In this document: positions 50,422 through 58,959 of the stretch, piece after piece
How positions within the stretch are numbered: position 1 is the stretch's first letter
Layout of the letters: every line of letters starts with the position of its first letter
From: Armatimonadota bacterium
GTDB taxonomy: Bacteria; Armatimonadota; UBA5829; DSUL01
Length of the DNA stretch: 64,000 nt
Direction: 5' to 3'
Assembly (NCBI GenBank): GCA_039811685.1
Contig: JBDHZC010000007.1
Coordinates: 64,001-128,000, forward strand
Made by a program: the position numbers and the translations under genes
The notes under the pieces: model-generated
The model's input: only the letters and a program-made list of their open reading frames with translations
Told to the model about the DNA's origin: nothing
Databases searched by the model: none

Positions 50422-51699
50422 TCAGTGTCCGTTTTGCGCGCGCTGCTGGCAGCCGCCGTTTCTCACATGCTCCTCAAACTCGTGCCGCCAGTGCTCAATG
50501 CCTGATACCACCGACATAATGGAAGTGTCTCCGAGCGGGCAGAAACATTTGCCATCCATGTTGTCCGTGATGTCCAGGAGGAGATCGATATCGTCCATCT
50601 GGCCGCCCGTCAGCTCAAGCTCGTTCAGGATTTTGAACATCCAGTCCGTGCCTTCGCGGCACGGCGTGCACTTGCCACATGACTCGTGCCGGTAGAAGTG
50701 AACCAGATTGCGCGCAACACCGACCATGCACGTTGTCTCATCCATAACGATCATTCCAGCAGACCCGAGCATAGAGCCCGCCGCCTGGATGGATTCGTAG
50801 TCGTAGTTAATGTCGCACTTCTCCGCCGGAAGAATGGGGACGCTTGACCCGCCGGGAATCACAGCCTTGAGTTTGTGGCCATCACGCACCCCACCGGCAA
50901 ACTCGTTGATCAGCGTCATCATAGGAGTCGCCAGCGGGACTTCGTAGTTCCCGGGGCGATTCACATGCCCGGAAATGGAGACCACTTTGGTACCGGCGCT
51001 GCGCTCGGTTCCCCACTGCTTGAACCAATCCGCACCGTTGTTCACAATGTGCGAGATATTAGCCAGTGTCTCCACGTTGTTGATGATGGTGGGACTGGCG
51101 TAAAGGCCCGATACAGCAGGAAACGGCGGCTTCAGGCGCGGCAACCCGCGCTGCCCCTCCAGCGAGTTCAGAAGCGCTGATTCCTCTCCACAGATATAGG
51201 CGCCTGCTCCGGGGTGCACAGCCAGATCGACGTCAACCCCCGTGCCCTGAATGTTCTTGCCGAGATACCCTCTGGCATAAGCCTGTTCAATAGCTCTGCT
51301 GACTATCTGGATTGGACCGACGAACTCCCCCCGGATATAGATAAAGCCTGTCTTGGCGCCAATAGCGTGACAGGCGAGAATCATCCCTTCGAGAAGCTGG
51401 TGCGGGTTGACCTCCATCAACTGACGATCCTTGAATGTGCCAGGCTCAGATTCATCCGCGTTGCACACAAGGTAGTGCGGTTTGGATGTGTCCTTGGGGA
51501 CAAAGCTCCACTTCATTCCAGTTGGAAAACCAGCCCCACCCCGTCCACGCAGACCCGAGGCTTTAACAAGCTCGATCAGCTCATCAGGAGCCATAGTGAG
51601 CCCTTTTTGCAGAGAGCTGTAACCTCCATTGCCCACGTAAACGTCAAGGTCTTTGACGTTGTCAATATGGTTGCGGCTGAAGACAATCTCATTGGCCAT
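50422..51699 (-). CDS. nuoF: NADH-quinone oxidoreductase subunit F
   Basis: GLRGRGGAGF, ADESEPGTFKD, GAYICGEE and the N3 ligands ESCGKCTPC...C. Confidence 0.96.
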   Translation of the reverse strand: MANEIVFSRNHIDNVKDLDVYVGNGGYSSLQKGLTMAPDELIELVKASGLRGRGGAGFPTGMKWSFVPKDTSKPHYLVCNADESEPGTFKDRQLMEVNPHQLLEGMILACHAIGAKTGFIYIRGEFVGPIQIVSRAIEQAYARGYLGKNIQGTGVDVDLAVHPGAGAYICGEESALLNSLEGQRGLPRLKPPFPAVSGLYASPTIINNVETLANISHIVNNGADWFKQWGTERSAGTKVVSISGHVNRPGNYEVPLATPMMTLINEFAGGVRDGHKLKAVIPGGSSVPILPAEKCDINYDYESIQAAGSMLGSAGMIVMDETTCMVGVARNLVHFYRHESCGKCTPCREGTDWMFKILNELELTGGQMDDIDLLLDITDNMDGKCFCPLGDTSIMSVVSGIEHWRHEFEEHVRNGGCQQRAQNGH

Positions 51700-52247
51700 T
51701 ACGTGCTCTTTGCTCCTGCAGGTTTGTCCTCAAACGGAACAAGCTGTGGCGGCTCGGGATGATCGCTGGCGGGCTTGAAGCGCAGGTCGTCAATGATCGC
51801 GTCAAGCTGCTTGATGGTGAGTTTTTCGTAATACTTGTCGCCCAGCAACATCACCGGCGCCCCACCGCATGCGCCAAGGCACTCAACGGTTTCAAAGGTA
51901 AAGCGTCCGTCCGGGGTCGTTTCTCCTTCTTTGATGCCCAGCCGCTCTTCCAGGTGATTGACAAGCTGTCCGGACCCACACAGCTCGCACGACAGTGTCC
52001 CGCAGACCTGCAGAATGTACTTTCCAACCGAGTAGCGGTAGTACATGGTGTAGAAGCTGGCGACGCCTTTGACGTACGCTGGAGTTGCCTCCAGGAGCTC
52101 GGCGATGTCGATGATGGCCTCATCAGTTACAATTCCGTCCTGCTCCTGAGCAACATAGAGCGCCGGCAAAAGCGCAGAGCGCTTCTCCGGATAACGGGCG
52201 GCGATATCGTTAATTCGCTGTCTGGATTCTGCTGTAAGATGCGCCAT
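51699..52247 (-). CDS. nuoE: NADH-quinone oxidoreductase subunit E
   Basis: VASFYTMY and the 2Fe-2S ligands CGTLSC...CLGAC. Confidence 0.95.
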   Translation of the reverse strand: MAHLTAESRQRINDIAARYPEKRSALLPALYVAQEQDGIVTDEAIIDIAELLEATPAYVKGVASFYTMYYRYSVGKYILQVCGTLSCELCGSGQLVNHLEERLGIKEGETTPDGRFTFETVECLGACGGAPVMLLGDKYYEKLTIKQLDAIIDDLRFKPASDHPEPPQLVPFEDKPAGAKST

Positions 52248-52267
52248 AAAACTTAATCTCTAGACGG

Positions 52268-52627
52268 CTACTGCCACTCCAACGCGCCCACGCGCCAGAC
52301 ATACATATAGCCCAGAAGCAGAATTGCAAGAAAAATCCCCATCTCGATGAGTCCGAAGACCTGCAGCTGCCGAAATACCACAGCCCACGGGTACAGAAAG
52401 ATCACTTCGATGTCAAAGAGGATGAACAGCATCGCGACCAGATAGAACTTGACCGGAAAGCGCTCCCGAACCTCGCCAACGACCGGCTCTATTCCGCACT
52501 CGTAAGGGGCCAGTTTGCGCTCGTTGCCGCCTTTTGGCCGTCCAATGAACATAGCCAGACTCAATGCACCGACTGCAAATGCGGTGGCAATAATGAGCAT
52601 AAAAAGGATTGGTAAGTAAGGATTCAT
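52268..52627 (-). CDS. nuoA: NADH-quinone oxidoreductase subunit A
   Basis: PYECG, FILFDIE and GALEW. Confidence 0.96.
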   Translation of the reverse strand: MNPYLPILFMLIIATAFAVGALSLAMFIGRPKGGNERKLAPYECGIEPVVGEVRERFPVKFYLVAMLFILFDIEVIFLYPWAVVFRQLQVFGLIEMGIFLAILLLGYMYVWRVGALEWQ

Positions 52628-52726
52628 CGCTGCGTGTCCTGCATTGTGCGCGATTCCGGCTGGGCGCGCCTGTGTTGCCTACACGAAAGGCCTCGACTTC
52701 GTGTAGTTTCGCACAAGCCACGGCAC

Positions 52727-52755
52727 AAAAAACCGGCCAGGAAGACCCCGGCCGG
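52727..52755 (-). terminator. Terminator-like hairpin in the nuo leader
   Basis: CCGGCCGGG-GTCTT-CCTGGCCGG followed by TTTTTT. Confidence 0.55.
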
Positions 52756-52765
52756 AGCCGAAGAG

Positions 52766-52794
52766 ATTTTAGCCAAGCATCCTCCCCATGTCAA
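52766..52794 (-). promoter_or_regulatory. Sigma70-type promoter of the nuo operon
   Basis: TTGACA-N17-TAAAAT. Confidence 0.75.
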
Positions 52795-52931
52795 CGCAAC
52801 TATTCTTCTTTCTCTGTTCACAAAGCGCGCATTGTGCCGAATACACTGGTGAGAGCGCTTCCCTTCGCTGGTTGGCGGTGGTATGATAAGCACAGCGGCA
52901 TGAAGGGCTCTTTCGGTAACGACTGAAGCTG

Positions 52932-54002
52932 ATGGCACACGCACACGGCAAACAGGCTTCCGTTCAGACGAACTATCCTCACCCGGAAGGGCACGGTGGG
53001 TGGCTCCACGGTGTCTTTGTCCACGACCACAAGCACGACCATGCGCTCAACGACTCACTTGCCAGCCACGAACGTGGAATCCGCGCGCTCAAGATTTCTC
53101 TCATCGGCCTTTTGCTCACAGCGACGCTGCAGACCGGCGTTGTCGCTATCTCCGGGTCTGCGGCCCTGCTGGCGGACACTATTCACAATTTTGTTGATGC
53201 CGCAACAAGCATCCCGCTGTGGGTCGCCTTCGCCCTGGCTCGCCGCAGCGCCAGCAAGCGCTTCACGTACGGTTATGGCAAAGCTGAGGATATGGCGGGC
53301 GTTGCTATCGTCCTGCTCATTTTCTCCTCGGCCTGCGCTGCGGCTTATGAGTCTATTCAGAAGATCATCCACCCCCTGCCTATGACCAACATCGGATGGG
53401 TCGCTGCGGCTGGAATTGTGGGTTTCGTTGGAAACGAAGCGGTCGCTCAGTTGCGGATGCGAGTCGGACGGGAGATAAGCTCGGCAGCGCTCATAGCTGA
53501 CGGACAGCATTCGCGCATTGACGGCCTCACAAGTCTGGCAGTCGTTGTCGGGGCGGCGGGCGCACGGCTCGGCTACGGAATCATTGACCCGCTCATCGGT
53601 CTGGTGATTACGATCTCGATTCTCGTCATCGCGGGGGAAACGGCCAAAGCCGTCTGGGGCCGCCTTGTGGACGCAATCGAACCCGAGATCGTGGCTCAGA
53701 TTGAAGAGTTGCCCCTTAAGGTACGAGGCGTCCAGGGAGTGCACGACGTGCGGGCGCGCTGGATGGGTCACAAAATTGTGGCAGACCTGCACATCACGGT
53801 GCATCCGTTTTTGACGGTGCAGGACTCACACGCCATAGCCGTGCAGGTGCGCGATTTTCTACGGGAGAAAATTACGCCGCTGGCAAGCGCTGTTGTGCAT
53901 GTCGATCCGGGGGACGAGCTAGCCGCACACCGGCTAACACGCGGGGAGCAGTGCCGGGGTTGCCTTGTGTGTACCGGATGTCAGGACGGCTCCGGTATCT
54001 GA
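52932..54002 (+). CDS. Cation diffusion facilitator (CDF) transporter
   Basis: His-rich N-terminus, LADTIHNFVD, RFTYGYGKAE, DGQHSRID and VHVDP. Confidence 0.93.
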   Translation: MAHAHGKQASVQTNYPHPEGHGGWLHGVFVHDHKHDHALNDSLASHERGIRALKISLIGLLLTATLQTGVVAISGSAALLADTIHNFVDAATSIPLWVAFALARRSASKRFTYGYGKAEDMAGVAIVLLIFSSACAAAYESIQKIIHPLPMTNIGWVAAAGIVGFVGNEAVAQLRMRVGREISSAALIADGQHSRIDGLTSLAVVVGAAGARLGYGIIDPLIGLVITISILVIAGETAKAVWGRLVDAIEPEIVAQIEELPLKVRGVQGVHDVRARWMGHKIVADLHITVHPFLTVQDSHAIAVQVRDFLREKITPLASAVVHVDPGDELAAHRLTRGEQCRGCLVCTGCQDGSGI

Positions 54003-54013
54003 AGTTGCACCAG

Positions 54014-55147
54014 CTACGTACGAGAGGCCGGACTCGAGCCTGTCCTTCTGGCTCCACGGGCAAAGGGCAGCGCGGCAACCACCCACAGAACCAGTGACAC
54101 AGCTGATCCGACCGTCAAGGCGCGATAAGCTCCGCGGCGGTCCAGCGCTCTGGTCAGGGTCGCGCTCTTGGCAAAATCTATAGAACCGATTGCCCGCCGA
54201 TCGTCAATAGTGCTTTGAGCCAACCTGAGCGCAAGGGTTGATTCAGCGTATTTGGGCTGCAGCGCGTCTACCTGCAGCTTCGCCGCTTCGTAGTCCGCCT
54301 TTAACTTCTTGTGTTCCATCGCCAGCGCAGGGATTTTCTCCAGCATCTTCTGAGCGCGAGCAAGATCTCTGGCGGCGGTGTCGTAACGAGACACGGCGTC
54401 TCTCTGGTCCTCCTGAGCCTGAGAAAGCCGCTGCTCAATCGGGCGCAGCAAAGACTGTGCGTCCGGTGACTGTTGTGATGAGTCCCCGGCGCCTGTACCA
54501 GCCTGCAGATAGGCAGAGACATCGGACTGCACGTCTTTCAGATCCTGTGCCCGGCGCGCTCGCTCAGCAACCAGATCAGCCGCCGCATCCCGCTGTTGCT
54601 TCAGCAGCATTACCTGGGACTTGGCCTGCTCGTAATCCAGAGGCAGCAGGACACCCGCCTGTTTGCGTTCAAAGTCTTTCAACTTTTCCGCAGCTTCACC
54701 GAGCTTTTTCTGAGTAGAGTCCAGCAAAACCGCTGTCGTATCCTGTTTTCGAAACGCGCCGACCTGATTGAGCACCAGCGCGCGGAGTAGCGTCAGGTCA
54801 GCTACCCTGTTGGCAAGCTCAACGGCTTCTTCGGCAGTAGCAGCGCGTCCCTGAAAGATTGCAGTTCTGGGGTTCGTTGCGGACACTTCCACGTGAAGCC
54901 GCTCCAGCAGCGCCGTCTGATCCAGCTTCAGATCGCTCGCCGCCTGCTTTGTCACAGGGCTGGATGTGGCCAGGTGAACAACGTCGAGGGCTGCAACAGG
55001 AGAGGACTTGGCAAGCAGCAGCCGCGCCGTAGCTCTGTAGCGGACGCCCGTGAGCTTGTGTGCCCCGTACCCAATAGCCGTCGCTCCAGAAATGACAAGC
55101 AACCCCAACAATAGCCACCATGTTCGCATCAAGCGGTTAAATAGCAT
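54014..55147 (-). CDS. GumC/Wzz-like polysaccharide co-polymerase-like coiled-coil membrane protein
   Basis: N-terminal TM followed by YRATARLL, a long coiled coil and a C-terminal TM. No kinase domain. Confidence 0.6.
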   Translation of the reverse strand: MLFNRLMRTWWLLLGLLVISGATAIGYGAHKLTGVRYRATARLLLAKSSPVAALDVVHLATSSPVTKQAASDLKLDQTALLERLHVEVSATNPRTAIFQGRAATAEEAVELANRVADLTLLRALVLNQVGAFRKQDTTAVLLDSTQKKLGEAAEKLKDFERKQAGVLLPLDYEQAKSQVMLLKQQRDAAADLVAERARRAQDLKDVQSDVSAYLQAGTGAGDSSQQSPDAQSLLRPIEQRLSQAQEDQRDAVSRYDTAARDLARAQKMLEKIPALAMEHKKLKADYEAAKLQVDALQPKYAESTLALRLAQSTIDDRRAIGSIDFAKSATLTRALDRRGAYRALTVGSAVSLVLWVVAALPFARGARRTGSSPASRT

Positions 55148-55440
55148 AGGCAAGCTCCCGAAATGACTCCCAGGTTCGCGGCATTGTACCACGATTGCAC
55201 TGTGATAGGAAGAATAGCTGGCGTTTGCGGACGGTTGTCTATCTCAGCCTCCGGCGCAGGACAGCCTGCGGGTATAACAAGGAGGAGGCGGGCAGACGGG
55301 ATGCCCTGAAAAGGAGCATGGTGAACGCTGGCGAAATGACGTCTGCGTCACATAACACGCAATCTGGGTGAGCCAGACACGTAGTGACAAGACGCACAGA
55401 CGAGTGAAGTACAACGAGAGAAACGGCGGAGGACAGGTTG

Positions 55441-55710
55441 ATGGACGAAGAAATGGTGTCGATCTACACAGCGCGAGATGAGACTGAGGCGAAGATTGTC
55501 AAGAGCCTTCTGGAGGATGCGGGAATCGCGGTCTGGGAGAAGTCGGACTTTGCGCATACAGTGCACCCGTTCGCGGCGACTCTCAGCGACGAACAGCTCT
55601 GTGTACCGAAATCGCAGGCTGAAGAGGCGATTGCGCTGCTTGAAGATTATGAAAGCGAAGCAGAGACAGAGGACGCCTTTGAGTATCAGGAGGACGATGA
55701 GTTAGCCTGA
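55441..55710 (+). CDS. DUF2007-like small acidic protein
   Basis: EAKIVKSLLEDAGI..LCVP..AEEAIALL pattern; GGAGG RBS. Confidence 0.8.
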   Translation: MDEEMVSIYTARDETEAKIVKSLLEDAGIAVWEKSDFAHTVHPFAATLSDEQLCVPKSQAEEAIALLEDYESEAETEDAFEYQEDDELA

Positions 55711-55864
55711 GACGTGAGGAGTGCGCTGAAGGAAAACCACCGTCACTGGCGAAGGCCTCATGGTTAGGCGAGCAGACACCAGACCCGGAAAACTGGCAAT
55801 CGAGTCCCGGGGCGCTGAGTGTGCTGCGGGTCGCAACGGATAACGGAAAGGCTGGACTGAGACT

Positions 55865-56890
55865 TTGGCGGATAGCGACGTACGAATAGGGTTTGTTGGG
55901 TGCGGCGGCATTGGAAACGAGCACCTCAAGATATGGCAGAGGACACCGGGCGCGAAAGTCGTAGCCGTATGCGACGTTGTTCCAGAGCGCGCCGCGAAAG
56001 CTGCCGAATTGTACAGCGCTGAGGCTTTTACGGACTTGACGGAGATGCTCAAGAAGGCCGACATTGAGGCGGTTGACATCTGCACACCGTCCGGTCTGCA
56101 CGCAGAGCAGAGCACAGAGGCGCTTGAAGCGGGAAAGCATGCTCTGACAGAAAAGCCCATCGATATCAATCTCGACAGGATCGACAAACTCATCGCCACT
56201 GCCGACCGCACAGGATTGAAGCTGGCGTGCATCTTTCAGTATCGCTTCAGCCCCGAGATTCAGCGCGCTCATCAACTGATTCAGGGGGGACGGCTGGGCA
56301 GGCTTATCTCTGGAAGCACCTACATCAAATGGTTCCGGGCGCAGAGCTACTACTCCGCCGATGACTGGCGCGGAACGTACAGACTGGACGGCGGCGTACT
56401 GGGAAATCAGGGCATTCACAGCCTGGACCAGCTCTGCTGGATGGCCGGCCCGGTGGCCGAAGTTGACTATGCGTACATCGAGACCATTGAGCGGGACATC
56501 GAAGCTGAGACATTTGCGATAGCGGTCTGCCGGTTTGAAAGTGGAGCCAGAGGCGTTGTGGAGGGCACAACGAACTGCTTCCCCGGCTTTGGCACGCGCA
56601 CGGAGATCTTTGGGACCAAAGGCTCCGCTTCGTTTGACGGTAACACGGTAACCTCATTCCGGATTGAGGGCGAAGAGATCGACCTCACCACGAAACAGGA
56701 CAAAGACGGCGACGCTTCGAGCGATCCGTTGGCGCTGGGTCTGGGCGGGCATGCTGCCCAGATGCTGGACTTTGTGCAGGCGATTCGCCAGGATCGCGAC
56801 GTGCTGTGCAGTGGGCGCGACGCGCGTGTCGCTGTAGACTGTCTCAACAAGATTTATCAGAAGGCCGGAGCGCCTCCGCTCGGGGTGTGA
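55865..56890 (+). CDS. Gfo/Idh/MocA family oxidoreductase
   Basis: GFVGCGGIG, TEKP and GGVLGNQGIH. Confidence 0.93.
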   Translation: MADSDVRIGFVGCGGIGNEHLKIWQRTPGAKVVAVCDVVPERAAKAAELYSAEAFTDLTEMLKKADIEAVDICTPSGLHAEQSTEALEAGKHALTEKPIDINLDRIDKLIATADRTGLKLACIFQYRFSPEIQRAHQLIQGGRLGRLISGSTYIKWFRAQSYYSADDWRGTYRLDGGVLGNQGIHSLDQLCWMAGPVAEVDYAYIETIERDIEAETFAIAVCRFESGARGVVEGTTNCFPGFGTRTEIFGTKGSASFDGNTVTSFRIEGEEIDLTTKQDKDGDASSDPLALGLGGHAAQMLDFVQAIRQDRDVLCSGRDARVAVDCLNKIYQKAGAPPLGV

Positions 56891-56959
56891 GAGCAACCTA
56901 GTGAATGGGGTCTGAAGCCGGTCTGGACGGGATGAGAAGCGGATATTGAGCTTCCGGCG

Positions 56960-58225
56960 CTAAACGCCGGCGGCCCGCTCCGCTTCCTCACGCGCAATCG
57001 CCGACCACCGCTTCACCCTCGCCGGATCTCTCCCGATGGTGTGGGTGTCCTTCATAATGATCTCGACCACACAACCGTGGGCTTTCTCCAGCCTTGTCCG
57101 CAAATCACACCGGATGAAGTCTTCGTCGAAAGTCTCGGTAGCCAGCGCGACGGGGTTGGGCTTCATGGACATGATGTAGCGGTCCTGGAGGTTCTCCGCC
57201 ATCACGGCGACGTCCGACCAGGGCGACACGGAGACCCGGCGAAGATTTGGAATACGCTTTATAGCGTACCACCGGTTGTCCAGCGGCTCGCAGCAGCCGT
57301 AGCAGGACAGCCCGAAGCGCTCCAGAATGGGGAGTTGATAATCGAAGACAAACTCTTCAAACATGGCCGGACTCACGCCGACCGTCTCCTGACTTTCAGC
57401 CAGAATCCACAGGTCCTTCAGCCGAACCCGGCCCTGAAATCCTTCCGCCGGAAGCTCGTCCGTCCAGCCGAAGCCACCCGATCCGACATAATCGCCCTCG
57501 TTGTTCAAGCAGAGGAGACCGGCGCTTTCCAGAGCTTCCAGCCGCGCAAGATGCGCATCTCGCAGAAAGGCCATGATGCGATGCAGTCCGGTCGGGTTTT
57601 CGAGCATATCCAGCATCATCTGCTCCAGGCCGCGCAGGTGCACAAGCGGCAATGTCAGCCCGACGCTCCACTGCCAAGTATGGCGAAGCCGCACTCTCAG
57701 CAGCCCCTCGAAGGTCTCCCGCGCCAGATCCAGCATGTTTTCTGTCGCTTCGTGATCCACGCAAGCCAGCGAAGGGTGCAGCGAAGAGATGTCGTCCAGA
57801 TCCTTGACAGGGGCGTCCCACACGTACGATCCGCCGTGGCCTGAGTGTGTGTAGGTCTCCTGCGCACCGTAGCCCGTCTCGCTGTGGACGTAGCCGATAT
57901 TGAACACATCGCACGTGACGCGGTCGTCTCCCATTTCCGCGCCCCAGAAAATCTCCTGGCGCAGCCAGGTCTCCCACAAGCGGCCCTGATCCGTCTGACA
58001 CTCCAGCATCCCGGGCAGGATAATCTCGTTCCAGCCATTTTCGGGAGAGCAGAACACCAGAGGCCGGGTTTTCTGCAGCGCGTTATGCGCATGCCAGAGC
58101 TCGCGCTTTTCCTGCTCGACTGGCCTGTTGGCAAGCTCGCGCACACGCGCCGCCAGGCGCCGCAGCACATCCTGGTCGCCGCGTGTTAGTTGAGGTTGTG
58201 TCTGAGACGCCTGTGAAATGGACAT
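56960..58225 (-). CDS. Uroporphyrinogen decarboxylase / methyltransferase-like TIM-barrel protein of unknown function
   Basis: LRGLEQMMLDM, VSPAMFEEF, YGCCEPL and LRRVSVSPW. Confidence 0.65.
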   Translation of the reverse strand: MSISQASQTQPQLTRGDQDVLRRLAARVRELANRPVEQEKRELWHAHNALQKTRPLVFCSPENGWNEIILPGMLECQTDQGRLWETWLRQEIFWGAEMGDDRVTCDVFNIGYVHSETGYGAQETYTHSGHGGSYVWDAPVKDLDDISSLHPSLACVDHEATENMLDLARETFEGLLRVRLRHTWQWSVGLTLPLVHLRGLEQMMLDMLENPTGLHRIMAFLRDAHLARLEALESAGLLCLNNEGDYVGSGGFGWTDELPAEGFQGRVRLKDLWILAESQETVGVSPAMFEEFVFDYQLPILERFGLSCYGCCEPLDNRWYAIKRIPNLRRVSVSPWSDVAVMAENLQDRYIMSMKPNPVALATETFDEDFIRCDLRTRLEKAHGCVVEIIMKDTHTIGRDPARVKRWSAIAREEAERAAGV

Positions 58226-58400
58226 TGTCAGTCTTTAGCTCCAGCAACTTGTGCTATGACGCGAGGCATTTATCCTGCTCAGCTTCTCTGCCCGCACGCC
58301 GCACGGCAACTGAGACTCCAGCATCCACCCTGACCCGGCAAAGCCCGGACTCGCCTGTCAGACCAGCGATATCCGGGCTTTGTCCTCTTCTCTGACCTGT

Positions 58401-58805
58401 CTAAATCTGGCCGGTATTCACCAGAGTAAGCATCACAACGTATAGCCCCATATACATTCCTGTCGCCCAGCGTGTGAGCGTGCGTCCGCGCAACGGCTCG
58501 ATACGTCTGTAGCGTTCACAGACCACAACAAAGGGTGTGAAGCTCACGAGTTTGGCTACCAGAAAGTGCAGTGGACTGTGACTCAAAAACCACGCCATCA
58601 CAGGATTGTATTCCGTTGCCAGTCCCGTGTGAACGAGCATCAGTGTGGACACAGCGTCCGCAACGCAAAACAACACCAGAATCCAAGACTCATAACACAA
58701 ACCCAGCCACTCCCCGGCGTCAGCGGCGCCGGCAAGCGCGACCGCGGATCTCTTGTCGTCAGCGTGACGGTAGTCAGGGCGCGGGGGTTGTCTGTCTTGA
58801 GGCAA
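58401..58805 (-). CDS. DUF5658-like small membrane protein
   Basis: ADAVST..G.ATEYNPVM..AKL pattern. Start uncertain. Confidence 0.7.
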   Translation of the reverse strand: MPQDRQPPRPDYRHADDKRSAVALAGAADAGEWLGLCYESWILVLFCVADAVSTLMLVHTGLATEYNPVMAWFLSHSPLHFLVAKLVSFTPFVVVCERYRRIEPLRGRTLTRWATGMYMGLYVVMLTLVNTGQI

Positions 58806-58959
58806 GGGAGCTCCAATCTAGATTGTGGACGGATGTCCGAGCGAGAAGTCTCAGAAGATTGAGTCTGGTTGAGAGTGCGGAGGAGAGCATGCCGCCGAGA
58901 CTCACACAACGACAGCAGAAGATTCCGCTAGACTCATGTTACTGCCTGAGGGAGACTTT

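Noticed and set aside
55200..55864. Possible riboswitches around the DUF2007-like gene
   Set aside because: Some stems are present, but no recognisable consensus.
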